Under the pieces are notes generated by a model that saw nothing but the letters and a program-made list of their open reading frames with translations, was not told where the DNA came from and did no database searches. 64,000 nt of DNA from Rebecca billardiae RCC1528 (Eukaryota > Protista > Haptophyta), in contig OZ251225.1 of the NCBI GenBank assembly GCA_965240325.2, forward strand, positions 1,922,001 to 1,986,000, written 5' to 3'. Positions 1 to 11,764 of the stretch are shown piece after piece. Both the position numbers and the translations under genes were made by a program. The stretch's first letter is position 1; each line of letters begins with the position of its first letter.

Positions 1-3000
1 CGATGGCGGTGGGATTGGCGGCGGTGACGGCGGTGGGCTCGGAGGCGGCGGGCTCGGCGGCGGGCTCGGTGGCGGTGATGGCGGCGGAGACGGCGGAGGG
101 CTCGGCGGTGGGCTTGGTGGCGGGCTCGGCGGCGGCGACGGCGGTGGGCTGGGTGGTGGTGACGGTGGTGGCGAGGGCGGCGGTGAGGGCGGCGGCGACG
201 GCGGCGGCGGTGACGGTGGTGGCGAGGGCGGAGGCGAGGGCGGTGGTGACGGTGGTGGCAAGGGCGGTGGTGAGGGCGGTGGGCTGGGCGGTGGGCTGGG
301 CGGTGGCGATGGTGGCGGGCTCGGAGGCGGGCTGGGCGGCGGCGACGGCGGAAGGCTCGGCGGCGGCGGGCTGGGCGGAGGCGATGGCGGTGGGCTGGGC
401 GGAGGCGACGGCGGTGGGCTCGGCGGTGGGCTCGGCGGCGGGCTTGGTGGTGGCGATGGCGGTGGGCTTGGCGGCGGGCTCGGCGGTGGGCTTGGCGGCG
501 GTGACGGCGGTGGGCTCGGAGGCGGCGGGCTCGGCGGCGGGCTCGGTGGCGGTGATGGCGGCGGGGACGGCGGTGGGCTCGGCGGTGGGCTTGGTGGCGG
601 GCTCGGCGGCGGCGACGGCGGCGGGCTGGGTGGTGGTGACGGTGGTGGCGAGGGCGGCGGTAAGGGCGGCGGCGACGGCGGCGGCGGTGACGGTGGTGGC
701 GAGGGCGGAGGCGAGGGCGGTGGTGAAGGTGGTGGCGAGGGCGGTGGTGAGGGCGGTGGGCTGGGCGGTGGGCTGGGTGGTGGCGATGGTGGCGGGCTCG
801 GAGGCGGGCTGGGCGGCGGCGACGGCGGTGGGCTCGGCGGCGGCGGGCTGGGCGGAGGCGACGGCGGTGGGCTGGGCGGAGGCGACGGCGGTGGGCTCGG
901 CGGTGGGCTCGGCGGCGGGCTTGGTGGTGGCGATGGCGGTGGGCTTGGCGGCGGGCTCGGCGGTGGGCTTGGCGGCGGTGACGGCGGTGGGCTCGGAGGC
1001 GGCGGGCTCGGCGGCGGGCTCGGTGGCGGTGATGGCGGCGGGGACGGCGGAGGGCTCGGCGGTGGGCTTGGTGGCGGGCTCGGCGGCGGCGACGGCGGTG
1101 GGCTGGGTGGTGGTGACGGTGGTGGCGAGGGCGGCGGTAAGGGCGGCGGCGACGGCGGCGGCGGTGACGGTGGTGGCGAGGGCGGAGGCGAGGGCGGTGG
1201 TGACGGTGGTGGCGAGGGCGGTGGTGAGGGCGGTGGGCTGGGCGGTGGGCTGGGTGGTGGCGATGGTGGCGGGCTCGGAGGCGGGCTGGGCGGCGGCGAC
1301 GGCGGAGGGCTCGGCGGCGGCGGGCTGGGCGGAGGCGATGGCGGTGGGCTGGGCGGAGGCGACGGCGGTGGGCTCGGCGGTGGGCTCGGCGGAGGGCTTG
1401 GTGGTGGCGATGGCGGTGGGCTTGGCGGTGGCGATGGGGGTGGGCTTGGCGGCGGTGACGGCGGTGGGCTCGGAGGCGGCGGGCTCGGCGGCGGGCTCGG
1501 TGGCGGTGATGGCGGCGGGGACGGCGGAGGGCTCGGCGGTGGGCTTGGTGGCGGGCTCGGCGGCGGCGACGGCGGTGGGTTGGGTGGTGGTGACGGTGGT
1601 GGCGAGGGCGGCGGTAAGGGCGGCGGCGACGGCGGCGGCGGTGACGGTGGTGGCGAGGGCGGAGGCGAGGGCGGTGGTGACGGTGGTGGCGAGGGCGGTG
1701 GTGAGGGCGGTGGGCTGGGCGGTGGGCTGGGCGGTGGCGATGGTGGCGGGCTCGGAGGCGGGCTGGGCGGCGGCGACGGCGGTGGGCTCGGCGGCGGCGG
1801 GCTTGGCGGAGGCGATGGCGGTGGGCTGGGCGGAGGCGACGGCGGTGGGCTCGGCGGTGGGCTCGGCGGCGGGCTTGGTGGTGGCGATGGCGGTGGGCTT
1901 GGAGGTGGCGATGGCGGCGGGCTTGGCGGCGGTGACGGCGGTGGGCTCGGAGGCGGCGGGCTCGGCGGCGGGCTCGGTGGCGGTGATGGCGGCGGGGACG
2001 GCGGAGGGCTCGGCGGTGGGCTTGGTGGCGGGCTCGGCGGCGGCGATGGCGGTGGGCTGGGTGGTGGTGACGGTGGTGGCGAGGGCGGCGGTGAGGGCGG
2101 CGGCGACGGCGGCGGCGGTGACGGTGGTGGCGAGGGCGGAGGCGAGGGCGGTGGTGAAGGTGGTGGCGAGGGCGGTGGTGAGGGCGGTGGGCTGGGCGGT
2201 GGGCTGGGTGGTGGCGATGGTGGCGGGCTCGGAGGCGGGCTGGGCGGCGGCGACGGCGGTGGGCTCGGCGGCGGCGGGCTGGGCGGAGGCGATGGCGGTG
2301 GGCTGGGCGGAGGCGACGGCGGTGGGCTCGGCGGTGGGCTCGGCGGCGGGCTTGGTGGTGGCGATGGCGGTGGGCTTGGCGGCGGCGATGGCGGTGGGCT
2401 TGGCGGCGGTGACGGCGGTGGGCTCGGAGGCGGCGGGCTCGGCGGCGGGCTCGGTGGCGGTGATGGCGGCGGGGACGGCGGAGGGCTCGGCGGTGGGCTT
2501 GGTGGCGGGCTCGGCGGCGGCGACGGCGGTGGGCTGGGTGGTGGTGACGGTGGTGGCGAGGGCGGCGGTGAGGGCGGCGGCGACGGCGGCGGCGGTGACG
2601 GTGGTGGCGAGGGCGGAGGCGAGGGCGGTGGTGACGGTGGTGGCGAGGGCGGTGGTGAGGGCGGTGGACTGGGCGGTGGGCTGGGCGGTGGCGATGGTGG
2701 CGGGCTCGGAGGCGGGCTGGGCGGCGGCGACGGCGGAGGGCTCGGCGGCGGCGGGCTGGGCGGAGGCGATGGCGGTGGGCTGGGCGGAGGCGACGGAGGT
2801 GGGCTCGGCGGTGGGCTCGGCGGCGGGCTTGGTGGTGGCGATGGCGGTGGGCTTGGAGGTGGCGATGGGGGTGGGCTTGGCGGCGGTGACGGCGGTGGGC
2901 TCGGAGGCGGCGGGCTCGGCGGCGGGCTCGGTGGCGGTGATGGCGGCGGGGACGGCGGAGGGCTCGGCGGTGGGCTTGGTGGCGGGCTCGGCGGCGGCGA

Positions 3001-3410
3001 CGGCGGTGGGCTGGGTGGTGGTGACGGTGGTGGCGAGGGCGGCGGTGAGGGCGGCGGCGACGGCGGCGGCGGTGACGGTGGTGGCGAGGGCGGAGGCGAG
3101 GGCGGTGGTGACGGTGGTGGCGAGGGCGGTGGTGAGGGCGGTGGGCTTGGTGGTGGGCTGGGTGGTGGTGATGGTGGTGGGCTCGGAGGTGGGCTGGGCG
3201 GTGGGCTCGGCGGCGGGCTAGGCAGCGGTGGACTCGGGGGCGGCGACGGCGGCGGCAACGGTGGTGGGCTTGGTGGCGGTGTTGGCGGTGGCGATGGCGG
3301 TGGCGACGGTGGCGCGTTCGGTGGCGGCGGGCTTGGCGGTGGGCGCGGGGGCGGAGAAGGTGGTGGGGAAGGCGGTGGCGACGGCGGTGGCGACGGTGGC
3401 GGTGGGTTCG
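1..3410 (-). repeat. Coding tandem repeat of (S-P3/4)n with a 477-bp (159-aa) higher-order unit, at least 6.5 copies
   Basis: The same GGAGGCGGCG landmark recurs at 41, 518, 995, 1472, 1949, 2426 and 2903, exactly 477 bp apart. Confidence 0.95.
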
Positions 3411-5556
3411 GCAAGGCGATCGATGGCAGCGAGTCGCCCAGTTCGCCAGGCGAGCCCCCTCGGCTGTCAGTGTCGCCCTGCCCGAGCTGCCCCTTGTCCG
3501 CCTTGCCAAAGCTGCCAAGTCCCCAGGCGCGCGCGAGCGGCGCAGGCAGCGGCGTGAGAAGTGGGCGCGTGCGTGCGTACGCACACCGGTGAGCGCGCGG
3601 CATCTCTTGGCACGCCCCACCACACACCCTCCGCACCTTCGCACGCCAGCGCAGCGTCACGCTCGACCCGGCCGTGCGCACTCGACGCGGAGTGAGCGCG
3701 CGCGCGCGCGCGCGCGCGTCTCGGCACGCACCACTTGATGGCCCCGTTGTCCAGCACCGCACACGCGTGCAACGACCCGGCGCTCACGAGCACGGCGGTG
3801 CGCCCAGTGCCCAGCGACACGGGCGGGAGCGCGTCGCCCAGCTGGCCGGGCGATTCGCCGCGGTCGTCCTTGTCACCCTGTCCAAGCTGCCCCTCGTTGT
3901 TCGCGCCCCAGCTGTGCCGCGCGCACCACGCGGGCGTGGGACGGGCGATGGCGCGAGGAGATGCGGACCGTCAGAAGCGGCCGCGCGCCAGGCGCGGGCG
4001 CACCATTGACAGACAGTCGTCCATCCCTCGCGTGATGTGTGGGCGCCCACGCCGACGGCGCCGCGCGTGCTCACCATTTGACCTGGCTGCTGCTGAGCAG
4101 CGCGCAGCAATACTGCTGGCGACACGACATGCTGGTCGCATTCAGCCCGGCGCCGAGGTGGAAGACGGGCGAGAGCGTCGGGTCGGCGATGACGTCGGTG
4201 GCCGAACTGCCGAGGGCGCCTCCTGCGCCGTTGCCCCAGCACTTGATCCCACCGGCGCGGAGCCGCACACACGTGTGGTCTGCCCCCGCAGCCACCTCCG
4301 CGGCACCGGTGCTTGCGGTGACCGCAAACGGGAGGTTGTCACCCATCTCCCCCGGATTCTTGCCCCGGTCGGTCGAATCGCCCAAGCCGAGCTGCCTGCC
4401 GCCGTTCTCGCCCCAGCTGCGCGGGCGCGGCGCGTGCGCGGGCAATGGGCGCGCGTGCGTGGAACGGCGCTCAGAGCGGAGCAAGCGCTGGTACGGCAGC
4501 ACAGCCTCGCCACGCGGCGCGGCGCCGCGCGCTGCGCGCAGCCGGCAGACCATTTCACACTGCCGTCCGTGAAGAGGGCGCAGACGTGCACGGTTGTCGT
4601 GTCGAACGAGCTCACGGCGAGGTTCTCACCCAGCGAGATGTGCCCACCTGGCGTGAGCACATCTGCGCTGTCCTCGTTGCCCACCTGTCCGCCGTCGGCT
4701 CGACCCCAGCACTGGATGCCGAGCGTCCCGTTGATAGTGCTGCTCACGCACGTGTGCAAAGTTCCGCAGCGCACACTTTGCGGCGTGGACCACGGCCCCA
4801 GGTTGACTGCGGGCAGCGTGTCGCCCATGGCGCGGCCCGAGCCATCTCCGGCATCGGTCTTATCACCCGTTCCCAGCTGGCCGTCTGCGTTGTCGCCCCA
4901 ACTGGCGTGAATGGCGCAGCGAGCCGAGGAGGAGGAGAAGCGAGCCAGCGAGGACACACACGCGGGCGGGCGGCGCGCCCCGTGACGCGCGTGCAACGTG
5001 ATGAGGAGTGGCGCGAGCCCGAGCGCGGCGGCGTGCGCGGCGCGAGGCGCGAGAGCAGGGCGCCCATCGCTCGTCCATGCGCGCAACGCGCCACGCACCA
5101 TCTGACAGTTGCGTCCGAGAGCACCGCGCATGTGTGCCCCCCGCCCACAGACAGGTGGAGCACCGTCCTGTTCGTTGGCAAGAGCACAAAGGGCAGGTTC
5201 GTGCCGAGCTCGTTCGCGTCGTCGCCGATGTCGTCGGTGGAATCGTAACCCAGTTGCCCGCTCGAGCCCAACCCGAAGCTGCTCGGCGCGGCGAGGGGTG
5301 CGCGCGCCCCGCGTGAGGCGGCTGGCCAAGCGCAGTGGCGGCAGGTGTGGGCACAGGTGTGGGCAGGAAACAAAACCGCGTGCGCACGCGCAGCGTACCA
5401 TTTCACCTCGCCGATGGCGTAGAGGACGCAGTTGTGAAAGGAGCCAGACGCTATCTGCGAGATCGTGCCAGGGCTACCGATGCCCAGCACGGCCCCTGGA
5501 TGCATGGCCGGCGCGACGAGTTCCAGCAGGCCCAGGCCCAGGGCTAGCAACCCCAT
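1..5556 (-). CDS. Secreted RCC1/BLIP-II-type repeat protein (about 7 repeats) followed by a >1100-aa Ser-Pro (extensin-like) stalk; 3' end lies outside the window
   Basis: ATG 5556, hydrophobic N-terminus MGLLALGLGLLELVAP. Exons 5556-5399, 5278-5099, 4901-4551, 4416-4075, 3911-3732 and 3511-<1 joined by GT-AG introns give repeated H(T/A)C...(K/R)C(W/F)G...GQLG motifs. The last exon continues LPSIALPNPPPPSPPPS... Confidence 0.88.
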
Positions 5557-8500
5557 GGCGTTGGTTGGGGGCTCGAGGCGGGCGGCGGTACTGCGGCTCT
5601 TGATGCGCGAAGACGATGATGAGCGGGCTGTGATTAACGAGGGTACTCACGCCGTGTTTTTGAAGGTATATTAGGAACTCACTACCCGTATTGTTAAAGA
5701 CTGGACCACTGGACCCCCGTGTTTCGTAACAAGCTATGGGCTAATATGTCCACTTCGAAACGAGTGATTGTCATCATACTGCCTGAGCGAGCATGTACTG
5801 CTATCAAATTGTGGGACGCGGTGTTCACCTCGCCGACGTAACCGCGGTTTAAGATGGCCTGTGATTCGTCGCTGATATGGGTCCAGTGATTCCCTCCGGC
5901 GGCAGAATACCTATTGCGGTTATGAATGGCGCCGAAGAATATGGCGTACCCCATCATGATAATAGTCTAGAGTACGGATCATACGTTGATGACTTGTATT
6001 ACGCCGGTGATCATACATTCCCGGGCTACCATACTTGCAACTGTAATTTGGTTCGTCGTCACGCCGAGGTGGACCCCTCACAGAGGGACGGCCTACCCGC
6101 GCGCCGGCGGCTGGGCGTCGGCACTTCGCGCCGGCACGCCTTCCACCGCCACAATGGTGGCGTGTGCGATCGACCCGTGCCGCGCAGCTCGCCTAGTGGC
6201 CCGGGTGCAAGCTGGAACTCGTGCGGCTAGAGCGGCACCGCCCGCGTACATTCGTGCCACTTGAACTCCGCCTGCGTGGCAGGCGAGACGGTGACGACGG
6301 GAGGCGGCTGGCTGCGTGCGCGCCAGCCAGGCCTCGGGAAGGAGGTCCATCAGCGTTCTGCTAGTGCAAAGCCACGTGCTTGTGCAGCGCTTGCCTCCGC
6401 GGGCGCACAAGGGCACCACCATGCCGCCCTTGTCGAGCGCAGGCTGCGACGGCTGAGTTGCGCTGCGCGGATGTGCAGTGCGCGCACCTCGGTGAACGAG
6501 TGCCGTGCGCCGGCCTGCGCAGCGCGCGTGCGCCTGCTGCTCCCTTCAGGCTTTCTGCTGGCCGGGTCGATTCTGATGCCATCCAGAGTGCGTGCTCCAG
6601 CCTGCGTGCGGACGTAAGGCCTGGGCATGCTGCAGACAACAGGCCGCAAGCAAGCGTCGGGTGGGTTGATTGATAGGTTCAAACATGCGCGGCGGGCTCG
6701 TGCCTCGACCACCGCTGCGCTGGTGGTGCCTACCGTCTTCACGGCGAGTATGTAGGCTATGCGAGCGGACACCAGGGCTCGCCGCCTCGTCTCAGTGTCA
6801 AGCAGGCACCACGCCTGTCGCATGATCGCCCACGCGGGGCGGACTAGACGACAAGTCGACATCAGGAAGTCGTATGTGCCAGCGCCGTGCTCATCAGTCA
6901 TCTGCCGGTCGGCCACGCTCACCGAGCCCGCTATGCACTGTGCACGGGGGATCTACCCCCACGAGCTCATCAGTGCCCTCGGGGAGCAGTCGGAATCATC
7001 GGACGATCGACTGATCACACGAAGATGTCCGCTGCGATGACAACGACCGAATACTGCTCCGCCCGCTCCGGGGGCACGCGGTCCCAGCCCCGGGGCGGCT
7101 ATAGCCTATATACTGTGACTCTTGCAGGCCGTGGGGCGCCGGGTCCCGCTTAATGGGCCGACGGCGGTTGCCGCGCTTTGCGGTGGGCGACTACGGTCAC
7201 TAGTGGCTTCAGTAAATCGTCGCGGCTACAGCAGTCGGAGCCCTGCTGCTGGGCTAGTCGAGTAAGACTCGTCAGGGGACCTGACGGCGGGCCCGGCCTG
7301 ACTCTTAGTACTAACTACTATATATACAGTTTACTATTCTGGTGAACACAGCTTTAAACAATTTTAATTCGTGACAAAGCCCTGGGAGACCCAGCTCCGA
7401 CCCCCTTTAATTGTGTGTCACCTACTGCTGTCCCAAGTAATACCGGAGTAGGAATACGAAGAATGGGGCCTCAAACGTTTTTTGATTAGGCACGCCTCGG
7501 GAATCGAGAACGCATGTCGTTACCTTTTTGAGCGCGCGTCATAGGGATGTCGTTGCGATTCCCACCTATTTGTTGACGCTTTTCTCGACCATCCGCTCCC
7601 CAGTCGAGCAGAACCGCGACGCACCCGGTGCTTTCGCCGCCGCGCCGCGTGCGCTCGGCACACACGATTGAGTATGACGAACGAGCGCGCTGCTGCAGGA
7701 GGCGAAGGCCGCGCGCGACACGCAGAATGGCGCTCAGCCGGCGTGGCTCGACTCGCACACACGTGCGCGACCGAGGAACAGCTCCGCGGGCCTCCGCCGC
7801 GACCGCCGCCAACCCAGCGCCGGATGCCATCGTCGGCGTCGCGAGGAACTGCGCCGATCTGGCGGATATCCAGCGGCACGTGGCGGCGATCAAGCAGCCG
7901 CGACCGCATCAGATGACGTGCACGAACGGCCTCATGGAGAAGCTCGTACCACAAGCCTACCATAAGCCACCCGCTCGCCGACTTGCCCGACTACTACTAC
8001 TCGCCCCGCTGGCTCGTCATCAACAGGCGCGGCCTTCGAGCCGTCACCCACGCCGCCCGCGGCTCGCGGCGCCATCGCGGACCGGCGTGCCCGCCGGCGC
8101 GAGCTGCACAACACAACATGCACACTGACGCGAGCCGGTCGTACCACGTCGTGCCCGACGGGCCGTGCTCAGCGACGGCTTAGCAGGAGTCTACGCCGTG
8201 CAGTCGCGCCGGTTGTGCCCTGCCGGCCTGCGCAGCTCGCCCCGCGCCTACAGCCAGTGGGCCATCCGCGGTGCGTGCCGTTGCCGTGCCGTCGTGCCCG
8301 AGCGGCCGTGCGCAGCGACGACCGCATCGACGCGCGCTTCGCCGTGCGCCTCGGTGGGCCTTGCAGCAGTGCCGTGCTGCTGCGCCTGGCTTAATCGCAC
8401 GCGCGACAATGCGTTATGCGGCGCGCCACCGGATGATAGCTGCCGTCAGTCAGCGCGAGCGCTGAACGGCCAACTCGTCCCATCGTCGTCGGGTCTGCTG

Positions 8501-8587
8501 GCCCTGTGAAGCTTCTCCGTCGCGTCCTACACGCGCTGTGTTCGACCAGCCCCACCGGGACAAGGCCGCAAGGCCCCCGCTGTTTGA

Positions 8588-8649
8588 TTTAACGTGCACA
8601 CTTGGTTAAGGCGTGATTGACGCCATCCAACACTGCACAAAGACACCGC
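8588..8649 (+). mobile_element. Dispersed repeat family A (terminal segment)
   Basis: TTAACGTGCACACTTGGTTAAGGCGTGATTGACGCCATCCAACACT is also at ~10116-10160 (+) and within 52511-52586 (-). Confidence 0.8.
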
Positions 8650-9339
8650 CACAAAACAGACCGGCGCAGGCAGGTGAGGGGCGCGTTGCCGCACCTCATC
8701 GAGGCGGCCATTGCAGCAAGCGGCCGCCCCGCGCTCGGAGGCACGCGCTCGAGAGCGCGCTCTGACACCACACGGGGAGGGTGCTGCACCTGGATGTTGT
8801 ATCCCAGCCACCTCGAGAGTGCAGCCACGCCAAACACCTGCCTGCGATGTGAGCGACGCCGCGTCGACTGATCGAGCCCCAGCCGAAGGGAAGAACTGGA
8901 AGATGAAGGGTGGGCAGGTCCACATGCCCGGCGTAAACTGCGCGCTGCTCGCCCGCGGAGGCAAGCAGCGCACTCCCGCCGCCTTCGCAAGCAGCGGGGG
9001 CGGGGGAAAGCGGCCCCTCTCGGTTGCCGCCAGCCCATGGCTGCCCACCTACCTACCCCGGTTGTGGCACAGAGCCTTTGCCTGCCCCGAACACATACAC
9101 CTTGTGAGCAGGGCCAGGCGCGGCCCCACGCCCCATCGGGGCGAGTGGGCCCGCGAAGAGCGCAGTAAGTCACTACTTGCAGTCTTCGGGTCTCGGCACT
9201 CCGCGTGGGGCCGTGCGTCGCAGCCGTAACGGCCCGTGTGTGTCTGCTCACTGCTGTAGTACTGTCAGTACTCGGCTCGCGCGGCTCAGTCGCGCACGGC
9301 ATCACGGAACGACCGCGCTCGTATTCCGTGATAAATATA

Positions 9340-9357
9340 TCTATATCTATCCTATCG

Positions 9358-9398
<41 letters not shown>
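9340..9398. repeat. (TATC)n microsatellite
   Basis: Seen directly. Confidence 0.9.
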
Positions 9399-9439
9399 GA
9401 TCTACATGAATTATAAATAACATTATATGCTTTCAGTCA

Positions 9440-9489
9440 CAATTTACTAAGACAAATAAGAGACGCACACGGTTTAGGCAGGCGAGATA
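9440..9489 (+). mobile_element. Dispersed repeat family C, degenerate copy
   Basis: TTTACTAAG..AATAAGAGACGCACACGG..AGGCAGGCGAGAT matches 61126-61180 (+) and ~40875-40926 (-). Confidence 0.7.
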
Positions 9490-10098
9490 TCGGAGTACTG
9501 TACCGCGCCACGTCCGAATAAATTTTAAAACTTCAAGTCAGACAGATTATATTTAAATAATTCTAAAGACTTAAAGTTAGGCAGCGGCGCGCTGACGGCG
9601 ACCGTACTGCCCGGTGCGGGCGGTGTCGCGTGGCGGTGATCAAGGGTGCAGCGGGATGATAAATAGCTTTATGCGCCTGGAATACGGATCCACTGAGCCC
9701 AAGGAATCAAGATGACGACTTGAATAAATCAAGCGCGGCGCGCAGCGCCGCGGCGGGCCGGGCCGTGGCGCGCAGTGCGCGGCACAGCGGTGCCGCGGGC
9801 CCGGCCGCGGGTGCCGGCGCCGCCCGCGCCGCGCGCCGGCGCGCCGCGGCCGGCGCGAGCCGGCCGACGCTGCGCCGCTCGAGGACTATAGTCATCGGCA
9901 GACGTCAGTGGCTCCGCGAGTCGTCGTCAGGACGCGAGCAAGTAGCAACTGAGCAAGAAAGGACGCCTTGTGCGCAGCGTCCCTCAGCCGCGACAGCACC
10001 TGCTGCCGCTAGGACGCACCGCCGCTGTCGCGAGCTCGGAGCTGCGAACTGGGCGTCTTCAGATTAAATAATGATTTTTTGGCTGTGGGCTCGACAAC

Positions 10099-10160
10099 TA
10101 CAGTTTACTATGTTTTAACGTGCACACTTGGTTAAGGCGTGATTGACGCCATCCAACACT
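10099..10160 (+). mobile_element. Family A short copy starting TACAGTTTACTA
   Basis: Matches the 52511-52586 copy (reverse) through the CAGTTTACTA end; ACTACAGTTTA directly repeated at 10097-10107 and 10158-10168. Confidence 0.75.
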
Positions 10161-10195
10161 ACAGTTTAATAACTAATAAGCCGCTGCAGGCATAT

Positions 10196-10496
10196 TAACG
10201 ACGTGGTATGCAACGGGCAGGCGCCTCAGAGTCAGCGGCAAGCTGTAGCAGCAGATCGAGCAGCAGAGACAAACACCAGGATCAGCGCTCCTCGCCGTCG
10301 TCCTTCCCCCTCCTCGTAGTCGTCCATCACTCCATCGACGAGCGGAAGCTCGACGCACCGTCTCACGTCGATCAGTCTGGCGTCGACGCGCGCGCGCCAC
10401 CGCGGTGGTCGCGGTCGGCCACGCGTCGTCAGCCGCGTCGTCCGTCACGAAGTAGTCGTCGTGCGCAGCGCCCCCGCGGGCGCGTGCCCCCGGGCG
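10196..10496 (-). mobile_element. Repeat family E: probable 5'-truncated non-LTR retroelement/SINE copy with 14-bp TSD
   Basis: Flanked by CGCTGCAGGCATAT at 10182-10195 and 10497-10510; second copy at 61489-61770 adjoining a (TA)n tract. Confidence 0.75.
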
Positions 10497-10987
10497 CGCT
10501 GCAGGCATATATCTCTCTCTATATATATAGCCATATAGCAGCACTTGACGAGGCTGCCAAATATATATAATAAATACGCTCCGCCGAAACTCCCTACTGA
10601 GGGCTGAGGACCGGGGGCGGCCCACGGGCGGGAGGCTTTAAGACAGTTGCGGGTTGCCGACCGGCGCGCGCCGCCGGTCCTCGGATCTGATGAGCCTTGC
10701 TGGCGGTGATGATGCGCACAGACTGTCGCGTCGCGGAAGATGCTGCCAGACATAACTACGACTGAGACTGCTGCGGATGAGGCGCCCAGCGGCCAGAACC
10801 GCGCCAGACCGCGTGCTGCTAGCTAGGACACGTACGAGCTGCCGAAAGTTTCGTCGCTGAAAGGCAGGCCCTTCTCAGACTGCTCCCGTCAAGAGGCGTC
10901 CACAGAGCACATCATCCCGGAGACTTCGTCCGCATGGGCTCGCACTCCCTCGTCGCGCGCACCCACACGCGCGTGAACGCGGTCACA

Positions 10988-11596
10988 CTATGCTCGTCCA
11001 GTGCTCCCGCGCGATGCAGTGCTTCGCTGCGTATGATCGGCCAGCCACTGCAAGACGGCTGGGACACCAGCACCTGTGAGCGCACTGGCGCGAATGCACG
11101 CGATGGGCCGAGCGTCCGCGTCCGCGGCGAGGATGTCCTCGAGGCGCATGACCGCCTGCAGCGTCGTCCACGCGATCTGTTCGCTCAGGTCGCATTTGTT
11201 GAGGATGATCAGCATGGGCCTGCCTTTCAGCTCGTGTGCCTGGAGCAGCTCGAAGAGCTCGATGGTCGCGGCGGCGAGCTGCGCGTGCGCGGCGCCGTCG
11301 ACGACGAACAGCACGAGCTCGCTCTCGCTGAAGTAGCGGGGCCAGACCGGAATCATCGATCCGCCCATTTCTCGCAGCACCAAGCTCGAGCGCGCGCTCG
11401 AGATGTGGTACAGCTCGGTGCCAATGGATGGGATGGTCTTGGTGTTCACCTCGCCTGCTTGGCCGCCTTTGGCGAGGTGCGTGAGCTGCCGCATGAGGAG
11501 GGTCTTGCCAGCGGACTCGCATCCTACGACGAGAATGCGCGTCGCATTCGCTTCGCTCGCCTTCCCTCGCGCCTGCTTCGACAGGGCAAGCCCCAT
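10988..11596 (-). CDS. ARL16: ARF-like small GTPase, ARL16 type
   Basis: MGLALSK start, P-loop GCESAGKT, PSIGTE, REMGGSMIPVWPRYF (ARL16-type variant of DxGG), NKCD, SALTG. Confidence 0.85.
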   Translation of the reverse strand: MGLALSKQARGKASEANATRILVVGCESAGKTLLMRQLTHLAKGGQAGEVNTKTIPSIGTELYHISSARSSLVLREMGGSMIPVWPRYFSESELVLFVVDGAAHAQLAAATIELFELLQAHELKGRPMLIILNKCDLSEQIAWTTLQAVMRLEDILAADADARPIACIRASALTGAGVPAVLQWLADHTQRSTASRGSTGRA

Positions 11597-11764
11597 GACG
11601 CTGTTAACGGGAGCCCATTGCTGCCCGGCGCCCTTGGACGGCCGCCCGCACGCACGGGCACGCGCGCCTGCCCGAGGAGTGACGACCTCCTGGCGGTCGC
11701 TCGTCCCCCGCGCCCTCCCCCTCTCCGAGGCGCCACTCCGCCCTCGAGCGCGCGGTCTCACCCC

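Noticed and set aside
3-3592. 1072-aa Ala/Val-rich and 670-aa Gly-rich plus-strand ORFs
   Set aside because: Antisense shadows of the minus-strand Ser-Pro exon, which is contiguous with the spliced RCC1 gene
10934-11764. N-terminal extension of the F-box ORF overlapping ARL16
   Set aside because: Antisense shadow of ARL16; a good ATG exists at 11765
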